A stretch of 64,000 bases of DNA from assembly GCA_964435965.1 (NCBI GenBank), contig CAYTBB010000001.1:6715-70714 (forward strand), given 5' to 3'. The notes under the pieces were generated by a model. The model was not told the DNA's origin. It made no database searches and saw only the letters and a list, made by a program, of their open reading frames with translations. Made by a program: the position numbers and the translations under genes. Shown piece by piece: positions 48,738 to 58,480 of the stretch (position 1 is the stretch's first letter; every line of letters begins with the position of its first letter). This DNA is from an uncultured Dehalococcoidales bacterium. Lineage in GTDB: Bacteria; Chloroflexota; Dehalococcoidia; GIF9; AB-539-J10.

Positions 48738-50060
48738 TTATTTGGCTCTCATCCTTTTTTCTATCGCTTGAGCGTGCGCATCCAGCCCTTCAGCTTTAGC
48801 CATTACCATGGCTGCTTGGCTTAGTTCTCTCATAGCCGCCTTGTCTAAGGCGATGACATTGGTAACCTTTAGAAAGTCCTCAACACCTAAAGGGGAGCTA
48901 AAGCGAGCACTGCCTTGGGTAGGCAATACATGTGATGGACCAGCAATATAATCCCCTAAAACCACTGGTGAATCTTCTCCAATAAAAATACAGCCCGCAT
49001 TATGAATCTTGGGCATTATGGAGGAGGCATCAGATACCATGAGAGAAAGATGCTCTGGAGCATAAAGGTTGACCAGTTCGATAGCCTCATCAAAGTTATT
49101 GACCAATATAATCATTCCTCTATCAATAGCCTGGGTAGTGATAGAGCGGCGTTTCAGCTTCCCTAATTGCGCTACCACCTCTCTATCAACTTGATTAGCC
49201 AGACCAGATGAAGTAGTAATCAAAATCGTCTGCGCTAAAGGGTCATGCTCAGCTTGAGCTAGAAGGTCAGCGGCGCAAAGTGAAGGGTTAGCTGTCTCAT
49301 CAGCCACAATCACTATCTCGCTTGGTCCTTGAAGTCCATCAATAGCTACGTTGCCATAGACCATCTTCTTAGCCAAGGTCACAAAGATATTGCCAGGGCC
49401 ACAGATTTTGTCCACTTTGGGTATTGACTCAGTCCCGAAAGCTAAGGCAGCGATAGCTTGAGCCCCGCCAACTTTGAAAATACGATCGACCTTTGCAAGA
49501 TCAGCAGCTACTAGAGTAGGTGACGGGATGCTGCCATTTTTACCAGGTGGCGAAGCCACGATAATCTCCCTGACCCCAGCTATCTTAGCTGGCATGGCTG
49601 TCATTAGCACCGTAGATGGATAGGTAGCAGTACCACCGGGAATATATAAACCCACTCTATCTAGCGGCTGGACTTGCCTGGCTAAATATTGATTAACAAA
49701 TATAGTGCCACTCTTACAGGCACAAGCAAGATGGAAATCTCGTATTCTCTTAGCTGCTAATTCGAGTGCTGAGACAAGTTCCTTGCCTACCATATCGTAA
49801 GCTGCTGAAATTTCTTGCTTGCCTACCCCTAAGGAATCAAGTTCGACAGCATCTAACTTTTTAGCGTAATGGAAAAGAGCTTCATCGCCTTTATCACGAA
49901 CGTCGCCAATGATACGTTCCACTACTTCTTTGGGGGAAAGCTCTTCTCCAAAGACGTGCTTTATTTGTGTTGCCACTTGTGGCGAGACAATGAAAGATTC
50001 CAGGAAAGTTTTTCTGGTCAGCAATTGTCTTGCCTTATTAAATCCTTTGACTCTTATCAT
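48738..50060 (-). CDS. hisD: histidinol dehydrogenase
   Basis: The protein is 440 aa with HisD family motifs (QAEHDPLAQ, GDYIAGPSHVLPT). Confidence 0.93.
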   Translation of the reverse strand: MIRVKGFNKARQLLTRKTFLESFIVSPQVATQIKHVFGEELSPKEVVERIIGDVRDKGDEALFHYAKKLDAVELDSLGVGKQEISAAYDMVGKELVSALELAAKRIRDFHLACACKSGTIFVNQYLARQVQPLDRVGLYIPGGTATYPSTVLMTAMPAKIAGVREIIVASPPGKNGSIPSPTLVAADLAKVDRIFKVGGAQAIAALAFGTESIPKVDKICGPGNIFVTLAKKMVYGNVAIDGLQGPSEIVIVADETANPSLCAADLLAQAEHDPLAQTILITTSSGLANQVDREVVAQLGKLKRRSITTQAIDRGMIILVNNFDEAIELVNLYAPEHLSLMVSDASSIMPKIHNAGCIFIGEDSPVVLGDYIAGPSHVLPTQGSARFSSPLGVEDFLKVTNVIALDKAAMRELSQAAMVMAKAEGLDAHAQAIEKRMRAK

Positions 50061-50070
50061 GATAATCTTT

Positions 50071-50107
50071 TCACCCTCACCTTAATCCTCCCCCGTCAAG
50101 GGAGAGG
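50071..50107. repeat. family-2 palindromic repeat TCACCCTCACCTTAATCCTCCCCCGTCAAGGGAGAGG
   Basis: This is a near-identical copy of 5084-5120. It lies in the hisG-hisD intergenic spacer and is followed (50114-50127) by a family-1 head fragment GGCTCGCAATGACA. Confidence 0.5.
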
Positions 50108-50141
50108 AGAATTGGCTCGCAATGACAAAAGGGAGAGTTAA

Positions 50142-51569
50142 TCATGAGAGCCCTCTGCGTAATGTTTGAATAAGAAATTCAATCTTCTCCTTTTTACCAG
50201 GGAAGTCAAGGCTGCCTTTGTTTCCGATTAGACAAGCAGTGGATTTGAAAAGCACATCGATAACTTTTAAGTCATGTTGCGCCAGTGTTTTCCCAGTTTG
50301 GGTATTGTCAATGAGCAAATCGGCATCCTCGGGCAGGAAAACTTCACTCGCTCCCCAAGTTGGGATTACCTTGCACGGGTTGATATAGTTATCTCGAAGA
50401 TACTTATCAGCGATGTTTACGTATTCTGAAGCTACTCTTAATAGAGTAAGTTTACCACTTTGAATAAGCGATCTTAAGTCAGCAACGTCGGTTATAGGCA
50501 TATCTTGACTCACTGCAGCCACAATTTTAACCATACCAAAGCCCAGATCAAGCAACTCCTTCACTGGGCTTGAGGGGAAACGATAGAGGTGTTCCAGCAA
50601 CCAATCCTTACCGGTTATGGCTAAATCAAAATTGCCATTAGCCACTTGAAGAGGCATATCCTGAGGTCTGATTACCTTAATGCCAAGCCAATCTAAATCG
50701 GAGGAGGGGCGACGGTTCAATACTTCCTCTGTATACCCCTGAATGTTAAGCCCACTTCGCTTCAAAAACTGCGCCGTAGGTGGTTGCTGATGTCCATCAG
50801 GCAAAGCTAGCTTTATTTCCTTCGCTTGCCAATGAGATTGCTTCGTCGCTTCACTCCTCGCAATGACCGTACTAGGGCTTGTAACAACATTATTTCGGCT
50901 TGCAATAACATTGCTGAAACAATTCAATATCTGGCTCAGATCTTTATTCTCCAAGCTTTCTCGGTTAGCGATTAGAAAGGCTGTGACCGGGAGTAACTTT
51001 ATTAGGGGAACCAAACTTTGCTCCTTTATCTCATTTTCATTCCTTGCCCACAGTATTGCCAGATCAGCACTATCTGGGGGATAAATTTCAGCAGCTCCCC
51101 ACACCGGGAAAATCTTAAAGGCCTTCATCCTGAGATTTAAGGCAAAAACTTGAGCTAAATTAGGGTACTCGCTTACTATGCGCCAGTTATCCCGCTTGGC
51201 TAACAATCCGTCAAGATTGGATATCCCTGCTTGGTAGCTGGCCACCGCATATACACCACCCTCACCGTAATTTAGACTTGATATTTTTACTAAGGCGCTC
51301 GCTGGATACCTCGCCAAAAGTTCCTCAACCCAATCCAAGCCACATATTCCCAGGTCATAATTGCCTATGGCTACTTGCATGGGAATATCTTTCTCCTGAA
51401 ATACCTTGGCCGAAAGCCAAGAGAACCTTCTCGATTGAAGGCGATATCGCCTCGTCTTATTGCTGTAGCCTTTAATGCCCACCCCTGCCCCTTTAAGCAA
51501 GTTAGCCGTAGTCAGTAAGAACCTACCTTTAGGCAAGGCGAGTTTGATATGGCACGGTTGGTATTCCAC
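50142..51569 (-). CDS. hisG: tandem double-domain ATP phosphoribosyltransferase (two short-form HisG domains fused through a repeat-derived linker)
   Basis: The N-half reads IKLALPKGRFL...KDIPMQVAIGNYDLGICGLDW...DSADLAILWAR. The C-half reads IKLALPDGHQQ...QDMPLQVANGNFDLAITGKDW...DADLLIDNTQTGKTLAQHDLKV. The PRPP-loop TGxT motif is kept only in the C-half. Confidence 0.85.
   Translation of the reverse strand: MEYQPCHIKLALPKGRFLLTTANLLKGAGVGIKGYSNKTRRYRLQSRRFSWLSAKVFQEKDIPMQVAIGNYDLGICGLDWVEELLARYPASALVKISSLNYGEGGVYAVASYQAGISNLDGLLAKRDNWRIVSEYPNLAQVFALNLRMKAFKIFPVWGAAEIYPPDSADLAILWARNENEIKEQSLVPLIKLLPVTAFLIANRESLENKDLSQILNCFSNVIASRNNVVTSPSTVIARSEATKQSHWQAKEIKLALPDGHQQPPTAQFLKRSGLNIQGYTEEVLNRRPSSDLDWLGIKVIRPQDMPLQVANGNFDLAITGKDWLLEHLYRFPSSPVKELLDLGFGMVKIVAAVSQDMPITDVADLRSLIQSGKLTLLRVASEYVNIADKYLRDNYINPCKVIPTWGASEVFLPEDADLLIDNTQTGKTLAQHDLKVIDVLFKSTACLIGNKGSLDFPGKKEKIEFLIQTLRRGLS
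50834..50868. repeat. family-1 repeat (copy H) forming the inter-domain linker of hisG
   Basis: The plus strand reads GAGATTGCTTCGTCGCTTCACTCCTCGCAATGACC. On the coding (minus) strand it is followed by two degenerate head-like units, aatgttattgcaagc and aataatgttgttacaagc. Confidence 0.6.
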
Positions 51570-51577
51570 AGATGATT

Positions 51578-52816
51578 TTACCTGCCTAATATATTAAGAA
51601 TCTCCGCCACGGAGGCTACATCTCTCCGCTGCTTCTGCTGACGATCTATGAGCACAAACGGAGACGGCTTCTTAGTAACTGAGATAACCCAGCGATAGTT
51701 AGATGGCTCTCGTTCAGTGAAGGCGATTCCCACCGTGCATTTCGCCTCACGAAGCGATTGAGCTAGAGTGAAGCATGTTCTCACTATCTCCGGGGTTGAC
51801 TCCTCACCCTTAATTAAAATTCTAGATTCGGTGCCCTCTTCGCTTTCCAATGGAAGCAATTTCATTATCGGGTCAATATAAAGGGCAAAGCCGCAAGCAG
51901 GAATGCTTTTCCCGCTCATAAAGGGAATAAGGTCATCATACCTTCCTCCCCCACCTATTTTCTCCCTATCAGCTAATAACTGGAAGCAAATTCCGGTGTA
52001 GTACTCGAAACCGCGTATTGCCGTGATATCAATTTCATAATTACAGTTCAGGCTGTCTAGCAATGTGGTGATGTTTATGAAATCCTCCATACTAGACTTG
52101 AAATCCGATGAAGCTTGCTGGCACAAAGCTTTTGTATTCTGCAAGAAACCACTTGACTTTCCCTTTAGGCTTAGAAGCAAAGGTAGAAGTCTATCCAGTT
52201 CAGGTCTAGTTGATTTTCCCTCCATTAATGCTTGCCAATCTCCATCTAAAACACGGCTTGTTACTTTAGCCTCTTCGCCCGGGCCAAGCTTAAGTTCTTT
52301 AATCACTGCCTTCACCAAGCCAGCATGAGATAATTGTAATCTAATGTTAGCCAAGCCAAGTTTATGTACAACCTCTTTAACCAACGAAATTATCTCGGCA
52401 TCCGCTGCCAATTTAGTACCGCCTAAAAACTCAGCGCCACACTGCCACCTCTCCCTGTTCTCCCGGCCTGTTTCTTCAAAGGCAAAGATATTAGTCATAT
52501 AGAAAAGTTTAGCTATCTCGTGTTCACTTAGATTGTTAATATAAAGTCGGGCTACGGGAATAGTGCCGTCTGGTCGCAAGACCACTCTCTCACCGCTCCA
52601 GCCATTCCAATCAAGAAAGGAGTATACTTTGCCTAGCATACTTGGAGTAAGCGTTCCCGCAGCCGTAAATAGATGGAGGTATTCTAAGGTCGGTGTTCTT
52701 ACCTCTTGATACCCATACTTACCACAGCAATTTCGAAACGCATCTTCGATATGCCGAAAGCGCACCATATCCTCAGGAAGCAAGTCCCGCATTCCTTTAC
52801 ATTTTTTGCTTTCCAT
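51578..52816 (-). CDS. hisZ: ATP phosphoribosyltransferase regulatory subunit (HisRS-like)
   Basis: The protein is 412 aa and HisRS-like (GMRDLLPEDMVRFRHIED, YYTGICFQ) but lacks an anticodon-binding domain. It lies directly upstream of hisG. Confidence 0.85.
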   Translation of the reverse strand: MESKKCKGMRDLLPEDMVRFRHIEDAFRNCCGKYGYQEVRTPTLEYLHLFTAAGTLTPSMLGKVYSFLDWNGWSGERVVLRPDGTIPVARLYINNLSEHEIAKLFYMTNIFAFEETGRENRERWQCGAEFLGGTKLAADAEIISLVKEVVHKLGLANIRLQLSHAGLVKAVIKELKLGPGEEAKVTSRVLDGDWQALMEGKSTRPELDRLLPLLLSLKGKSSGFLQNTKALCQQASSDFKSSMEDFINITTLLDSLNCNYEIDITAIRGFEYYTGICFQLLADREKIGGGGRYDDLIPFMSGKSIPACGFALYIDPIMKLLPLESEEGTESRILIKGEESTPEIVRTCFTLAQSLREAKCTVGIAFTEREPSNYRWVISVTKKPSPFVLIDRQQKQRRDVASVAEILNILGR

Positions 52817-52896
52817 TTTTTTGACTTATTGAGTCGCTCTATTCTACACTAAGCTATGTCGGCCTTCAATGATAAATTCGAGGTTGTTTAACCATA

Positions 52897-52948
52897 CCTA
52901 CCTGTCATTCTGAGCGTAGCGAAGAATCTCATACCGCTCAGGGTGACA
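52897..52948. repeat. family-1 repeat, minimal short form (copy C)
   Basis: The copy reads CCTACCTGTCATTCTGAGCGTAGCGAAGAATCTCATACCGCTCAGGGTGACA. Its TIRs TGTCATTCTGAGCG and CGCTCAGGGTGACA are perfect apart from the central TT/GG. Confidence 0.65.
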
Positions 52949-53018
52949 AAATAAATACCCTAAAATTTGTTGCTTTTTGGTGCTTAGTTTATAATTAACT
53001 TGAGGTTTAGAAAGCTAG

Positions 53019-54332
53019 ATGAATAGAACTTTGCTCAGGATTTTCCTTCTTGCCTTGTTTATAATCACAATAGTTGGGGCTTTGGGAGGCAGCATAATTA
53101 GCGCTTCCAGTCCAACGATTGAAATCCTTCATGTGGAAGGCACTATTGTGCCAGTGGTGGCTGATTACATTGATCGAGGTATTAGCCAGGCTGAAGATGA
53201 GAATGCTACTGTTTGCATTATTGAATTAAATACGCCAGGAGGGCTTCTCACCGCAACGGAGAAAATAGTCCAGAGAATTATGAATGCCGATGTGCCTGTA
53301 GTAGTTTACGTTTCCCCTAAAGGTGCCTGGGCTGCTTCAGCGGGAACTTTCATTACTTTATCTGCTCATATAGCCGCTATGACATCGGGCACCACTATTG
53401 GTGCTGCCCATCCTGTAGCTGCCGGGGGAGAGGAAATACCGGAAGCCCAAATGGAGAAGATAGTCGAATTTTCGGCTAAATGGATGAGGACCATTGCCGA
53501 GGAGCGGGGTCGCAATATGGAAGAAGCTGAGCTAGCCGTGACAGAAAGTAAATCCTTTACTGATGTTGATGCCCTGGAATCTAACCTTATTGATATGAGA
53601 GCTGATAATTTAGAAAGCCTTATTTCCCAAATCAATGGCTGGAGAGTTACTTTAGCCAATGGCGAGGAAGTTACTATTAACACTACGGGCTACGAGACAA
53701 TTAGAAATGAAATGAATGCCATTGAGCAGTTCTTGCAAGCCATAAGTGACCCAAATATTGCCTACATCCTGCTTACTCTGGCTACCATAGGGCTAATCAC
53801 TGAGATTTCCAACCCAGGGATGGTTATTCCCGGGGTAGCCGGTGGCATAAGCTTATTCCTGGCGTTTTACTCCTTGGGAGTACTTAATGCTTACTGGGGG
53901 GGTATAGCGCTTATTCTGCTTGCCGTTGGACTTTTCGTCGCCGAGTATTTCACCGCTAGCTTTGGTCTATTTACCGCTGGAGGTATAATCTCGCTGGTTG
54001 TTGGCTCCCTAATCTTATTCAGCTATAGTCCAGGAATAGAAGTAAATCGTGGGCTAATTGCCGGCGTCACAGCTGCCATTGCCGCCTTTGGTATCTTTGT
54101 CATTGGTGCTATCATTAGAGGACAGAGACGCCGCAAAGCTACTGGCCCTGAGGGAATGGTGGGGAGGCTAGCTATAGCCAAAACGCCTCTAGACCCCACA
54201 GGCACAGTTCTAGCTGAAGGCGAACTTTGGACAGCCATAGCTGAAGGGGGTAAAATAGAACCACATGAGAAGGTGGTCATAACCAAAGTAGAAGAACTGA
54301 AATTGTGGGTGGCAAAAAAATCTAAAGAATAG
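53019..54332 (+). CDS. NfeD-family membrane-bound serine protease (ClpP-like domain, TM region, C-terminal OB-fold domain)
   Basis: The protein is 437 aa with a signal/TM segment, the ClpP-class block GGLLTATEKIVQRI...SAGTFITLSAHIAAM, 4-5 TM helices and a C-terminal NfeD beta-domain. Confidence 0.85.
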   Translation: MNRTLLRIFLLALFIITIVGALGGSIISASSPTIEILHVEGTIVPVVADYIDRGISQAEDENATVCIIELNTPGGLLTATEKIVQRIMNADVPVVVYVSPKGAWAASAGTFITLSAHIAAMTSGTTIGAAHPVAAGGEEIPEAQMEKIVEFSAKWMRTIAEERGRNMEEAELAVTESKSFTDVDALESNLIDMRADNLESLISQINGWRVTLANGEEVTINTTGYETIRNEMNAIEQFLQAISDPNIAYILLTLATIGLITEISNPGMVIPGVAGGISLFLAFYSLGVLNAYWGGIALILLAVGLFVAEYFTASFGLFTAGGIISLVVGSLILFSYSPGIEVNRGLIAGVTAAIAAFGIFVIGAIIRGQRRRKATGPEGMVGRLAIAKTPLDPTGTVLAEGELWTAIAEGGKIEPHEKVVITKVEELKLWVAKKSKE

Positions 54333-54341
54333 GAGGGTAGT

Positions 54342-54752
54342 TTGCTATTCATGGAATCGCCCTTTGTCGAATCATTACCTGAAGAGTTAGAAGCACTATT
54401 TAAGGCGTTATCTAAAGCGTTATTTAAAGTATCAGAAGCACTATCTATGGGAATAACAGGGCCTATTATTGTAGTCATAATTTTTGCCGCCGCCTTTGTT
54501 ATCTTCGTCATTTTTGCTATCGTTAAAGGTCAAAGGCGGAAACTCACCGCTGGTGTAGAGAATATGGTGGGAAAAGTGGCTGTAACGCAAACAGAGCTCA
54601 ATCCTACAGGCACAGTTCTGGCTGAAGGCGAGCTTTGGACAGCCATAGCTGAGGGGAGTAAAATAAAACCTGATGAGGAGGTGGTCATAACTAAAGTAGC
54701 AGGCTTGAAATTGTGGGTAACAAAAAAATCTAAAGAAAAGGAGGACAAATAA
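54342..54752 (+). CDS. short NfeD-like protein (TM + OB-fold), recent partial duplicate of the preceding gene's C-terminus
   Basis: The C-terminal ~55 residues (PTGTVLAEGELWTAIAEGSKIKPDEEVVITKVAGLKLWVTKKSKE) are nearly identical to the C-terminus of 53019..54332. The nucleotide sequences of the two regions are ~90 % identical. Confidence 0.7.
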   Translation: MLFMESPFVESLPEELEALFKALSKALFKVSEALSMGITGPIIVVIIFAAAFVIFVIFAIVKGQRRKLTAGVENMVGKVAVTQTELNPTGTVLAEGELWTAIAEGSKIKPDEEVVITKVAGLKLWVTKKSKEKEDK

Positions 54753-54753
54753 C

Positions 54754-55521
54754 ATGGTAACGGGTTGGGTTTTTTACATTATTATCGCCCTAGCAGTAAT
54801 ACTACTTCTGTCAAATGCTATCAAGATCGTTCAAGAATATGAAAGGGGAGCTGTTTTCCGACTGGGCAGATTCGTTGGCCTGAGGGGGCCAGGGCTTGTC
54901 ATCCTCATACCTTTCCTTGAGCGTATAAGGAGGGTTGACCTTCGTGTAATCACTATGGATGTTCCGGAGCAGGAATGCATGACTGTGGACAATGTTACCG
55001 TCAGAGTTGATGCCGTAGTTTACTTTCGGGTAGTTGATGCGGCAAATGCCGTTCTCAAAGTATATGACTTTGCCAAGGCGACCCACTTACTTGCCCAGAC
55101 TACCCTGCGGAATATTGTCGGGCAATCCGAATTAGACGAGTTATTAGCTCATCGAGATAGACTTAATGAAAAGATGCAAAAAATCGTTGATGAAGGCACA
55201 GACCCCTGGGGGATAAAAGTAAGCATGGTAGAAACTAAGGAGGTACAATTGCCCGAAAATATGAAACGGGCTATGGCGGCACAGGCTGAAGCTGAGCGAG
55301 ACAGGCGAGCCAAGGTTGTTCACGCTGAAGGTGAATACCAGGCAGCTGAAAAGCTAGCTCAAGCTGCTGAAGTCATGTCCAAGCAACCCGCATCCCTACA
55401 ACTTCGCTATCTGCAAACACTAGCAGGCATTGCCACGGAAAGAAGCAATACCATTCTTTTCCCCTTACCTATGGACTTGCTAACCGCCTTTTCGAGTAGA
55501 GGTACCCCAGAAAAGAAATAG
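54754..55521 (+). CDS. SPFH/band-7 (stomatin-like) protein
   Basis: The protein is 255 aa with an N-terminal TM helix and an SPFH domain (EYERGAVFRLGRF...DLRVITMDVPEQECMTVDNV). It forms the classic nfeD-stomatin operon. Confidence 0.9.
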   Translation: MVTGWVFYIIIALAVILLLSNAIKIVQEYERGAVFRLGRFVGLRGPGLVILIPFLERIRRVDLRVITMDVPEQECMTVDNVTVRVDAVVYFRVVDAANAVLKVYDFAKATHLLAQTTLRNIVGQSELDELLAHRDRLNEKMQKIVDEGTDPWGIKVSMVETKEVQLPENMKRAMAAQAEAERDRRAKVVHAEGEYQAAEKLAQAAEVMSKQPASLQLRYLQTLAGIATERSNTILFPLPMDLLTAFSSRGTPEKK

Positions 55522-55573
55522 GCAGATGCTCCGGCCTGGCTAACCGGTTGGGCCGGAGTAAATCTTCCGGTAA

Positions 55574-56566
55574 TTAAACCTGAGCAACACCAATCAGCTC
55601 AGCTAAATTGTGGATTCCTTTATCGCTCATAAAATGCTTTATTCCTTCCAATATATTAAGGCTGGCACGAGGGTTGGTTAAATTGGTGCTACCAACTTGT
55701 ATTGCGCTAGCCCCACACATAATGAATTCTAAGGCATCTGCAGCACAACCAATACCACCGCAACCTATCAATGGGATATGCGCGACCTTAGCTACTTCAT
55801 ACACCATATAAAGTGCTATGGGTTTGATAGCAGGACCAGAAAGTCCACCAGTAATATTCCCTAAGCACGGTTTTCTTTTACTTATGTCAATCGCTATCCC
55901 TTTCACCGTGTTGATCAAAGATATGGCATCAGCTCCAGCACTTTCCACTGCTAAAGCAATTTCCTTAATATCAGTTACATTAGGGCTTAGTTTTACCACG
56001 ACGGGCAAGCTGGTCACAGCCTTAACCGCTGAAGTTACTTCAGCAGCAAGTTTTGGGTTTACTCCAAACTCAATTCCACCCGCTGAAATATTAGGGCAGC
56101 CAATGTTTAATTCAATGCCGCTTACCCCGTGTATGCCTTCCAACTTGGCCGCTACACTAGCATATTCATCAATTGTTTCTCCGGCAACGTTAACAATGAC
56201 AGGAATTCGCCAGCTTGCCCATATGGGGGCTTTATCCCTGATCATGGCATCAACGCCAATATTCTCCAAACCTACAGAATTAAGCAAGCCACTCTCCGTT
56301 TCCACCAATCGCGGTTGAGGATTGCCCTTCCTTGGCATAAGAGTAGTGCCTTTACAAACAATTGCCCCTAGCTTCTGTATGTCAATAAGCCCGCTATATT
56401 CCGTGCCATAACCAAAAGTGCCCGAAGCTGTCATCACTGGATTATCCAGCATTAACCCTTTAGGATGACAAGGAGCTAGCTGAACGCGAAGATTTAACGA
56501 ATTAGCTCTCACACCTATAATTTTATTATAGCAGGGTAGCCTCTGAAGCGATATGCCTTGTATCAC
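55574..56566 (-). CDS. pyrD: dihydroorotate dehydrogenase catalytic subunit (class 1-like)
   Basis: The protein is 330 aa with an FMN-binding TIM barrel (NPVMTASGTFGYG, GAIVCKGTT, IGCGGI). Confidence 0.85.
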   Translation of the reverse strand: MIQGISLQRLPCYNKIIGVRANSLNLRVQLAPCHPKGLMLDNPVMTASGTFGYGTEYSGLIDIQKLGAIVCKGTTLMPRKGNPQPRLVETESGLLNSVGLENIGVDAMIRDKAPIWASWRIPVIVNVAGETIDEYASVAAKLEGIHGVSGIELNIGCPNISAGGIEFGVNPKLAAEVTSAVKAVTSLPVVVKLSPNVTDIKEIALAVESAGADAISLINTVKGIAIDISKRKPCLGNITGGLSGPAIKPIALYMVYEVAKVAHIPLIGCGGIGCAADALEFIMCGASAIQVGSTNLTNPRASLNILEGIKHFMSDKGIHNLAELIGVAQV

Positions 56567-56588
56567 CAGCTATGTTAAAATTTAACCA

Positions 56589-57260
56589 ATGCCAGAAGTA
56601 ACTTACCTTCTTCGCCCTATAGAGGATGAGGATATTCCCCAGGTAACTGAGATTGACCGCGAGGCTTTCCCTGGCGAGTCGCTGTTTCGCCCTTACACTT
56701 CATATAAGCAGGAGATTCACAATTCATTAGCCCACTACATAGTAGCTTGCATTGAGAAGGGGACTGGACCAAAACCAAGCCGGGAAGATATGCAAAAAAA
56801 GTCCTGGCTCAAACGCCTCTTGGGCCATCACCATTTAGCTATTAGCACGAGCGCGGTGCGAAACAACCTCTATAGTAAAGAATACATAGTTGGCTTCGCT
56901 GGCTTCTGGATTATGCTAAATGAGGCACATATCATCGCTATTGCGGTAAGAAATAATTATCGCCGCAAGGGAATAGGCGAAGGACTGCTCATTTCAGTTA
57001 TTGAGGTGGCTACTCAAATACATGCCAATGTAATCACCTTAGAAGTGCGTGCTTCTAATGAGATAGCCCAGGCACTTTATAAGAAATATGGATTTCGAGT
57101 AGCGGGCAAGCGCCCAAGGTATTATTCAGATAACGGCGAAGACGCTGTGCTTATGAGCACAGATACTATTACTCTGGCCCCCTTCCAAGCTCATTTCCAG
57201 CGACTGAAAGAAGCTCATAGCCAGAGGTGGGGAAAAATCTTCACAACTCAATTAGCTTGA
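56589..57260 (+). CDS. GNAT-family N-acetyltransferase (RimI-like) with an internal His-rich insertion
   Basis: The acetyl-CoA-binding block is AVRNNYRRKGIGEGLL. An extra segment, KGTGPKPSREDMQKKSWLKRLLGHHH, separates the GNAT motifs. Confidence 0.7.
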   Translation: MPEVTYLLRPIEDEDIPQVTEIDREAFPGESLFRPYTSYKQEIHNSLAHYIVACIEKGTGPKPSREDMQKKSWLKRLLGHHHLAISTSAVRNNLYSKEYIVGFAGFWIMLNEAHIIAIAVRNNYRRKGIGEGLLISVIEVATQIHANVITLEVRASNEIAQALYKKYGFRVAGKRPRYYSDNGEDAVLMSTDTITLAPFQAHFQRLKEAHSQRWGKIFTTQLA

Positions 57261-57340
57261 AATCGAAATAGGTTAATAAATTCTGCTCCCCTGATTTCCG
57301 ACTCTACTAATGACATCCGAATCTTCGCAGCACTCTCGTG

Positions 57341-58480
57341 TCAACTATATTTGCTTAGAATAGCTTTGAAGGAATCTCTGACAAAAGCTAGCTGTTCTTT
57401 ATCAGCGGCAAAGGTAGAGAGTTTAAAAGCTTTTGTCAGACCCGGCTGCAGCCCCCAAATGCCTCTGCCCTTCAGCTCCTTGTACAGGAAATATCCCCTC
57501 TCTCGGACATTCTTGGAGATGTCATAGAGCATCGGAGCTTCAAAGTGCAGTAAGTCATGTCTATGCGGTTTCTCTCCTAGCTGCTTAAAACCCAATTTCT
57601 CAAGTTCAGTGGAAAGCCATTGCGCCTTTAATACTTGCTCAGCCCAATGGTTAACCCTTTCTTTCACATAAGGGAAGGAAGCCATAAGCGTTACCAGCGG
57701 GACGCCCCTCAAGGTACAGCCAAGAAGCTCAACCTCTTTATTGCTATATGCCTCAGATTTCCTCAATACTATTTCTTCCCACTTCTTTTTCATTCCCAAA
57801 ACTCCACAAGGCCCGGCAGAAGCCATGCTTTTGTGTCCACTACCAACAATGAAGTCAGCTCCAACATCGTTCATTTTGATCGGCATTCTGCCCACCGCAT
57901 ATGCACCATTAAGGATATAAGGGATACCATATTCTTGAGCAATTTTCCCTAGCTTTGTGGCATCGGAAAGATTTCCATAATTGCCATCGGGGTAAGTTAA
58001 TAAAATTAGTTTAGGATTATTCTTTTTTATAACTGGTATGTAATCGTTAACATCAATCCTGAATTCTGGATAACCGGAGTGAGGCACTTCGATAACATTC
58101 AACCCTACCCTTTCAGCGGCAACAATTGTAGTGTAATGCCTGCTACTATCGACAATGATTGAATCACCTGGCTTGGCCAAAGAATGCATTACCATGTATT
58201 TAGCTTCTCTTGCCCCATGAGTTATGGTAGCAACATCGCAACCCAAAAATTGGGGTAAAAGTTCCCGCACAAACTCTCGGACAGGAGGATTTGTTATCTC
58301 GCACAAGCTGCCAAGGCAAAAATCACACACGGAATACCCATCTCCAAATTCCACTAATGCTTCCCTAGCAGCATCAGTGAGAATGCCTCCCGTTTGAAGA
58401 GGCATAAGATTTATAAGGCCTTTGTGCAATCTTTGTAATGCACCAAGTTTCTGTAATGCTTTATTTGTTGGCTGCTTCAT
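57341..58480 (-). CDS. Sep-tRNA:Cys-tRNA synthase (SepCysS), PLP-dependent
   Basis: The protein is 379 aa with a PLP-lysine region (IVGSGHKSMASAGPCGVLG) and a size typical of SepCysS. It overlaps SepRS by 4 nt. Confidence 0.75.
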   Translation of the reverse strand: MKQPTNKALQKLGALQRLHKGLINLMPLQTGGILTDAAREALVEFGDGYSVCDFCLGSLCEITNPPVREFVRELLPQFLGCDVATITHGAREAKYMVMHSLAKPGDSIIVDSSRHYTTIVAAERVGLNVIEVPHSGYPEFRIDVNDYIPVIKKNNPKLILLTYPDGNYGNLSDATKLGKIAQEYGIPYILNGAYAVGRMPIKMNDVGADFIVGSGHKSMASAGPCGVLGMKKKWEEIVLRKSEAYSNKEVELLGCTLRGVPLVTLMASFPYVKERVNHWAEQVLKAQWLSTELEKLGFKQLGEKPHRHDLLHFEAPMLYDISKNVRERGYFLYKELKGRGIWGLQPGLTKAFKLSTFAADKEQLAFVRDSFKAILSKYS

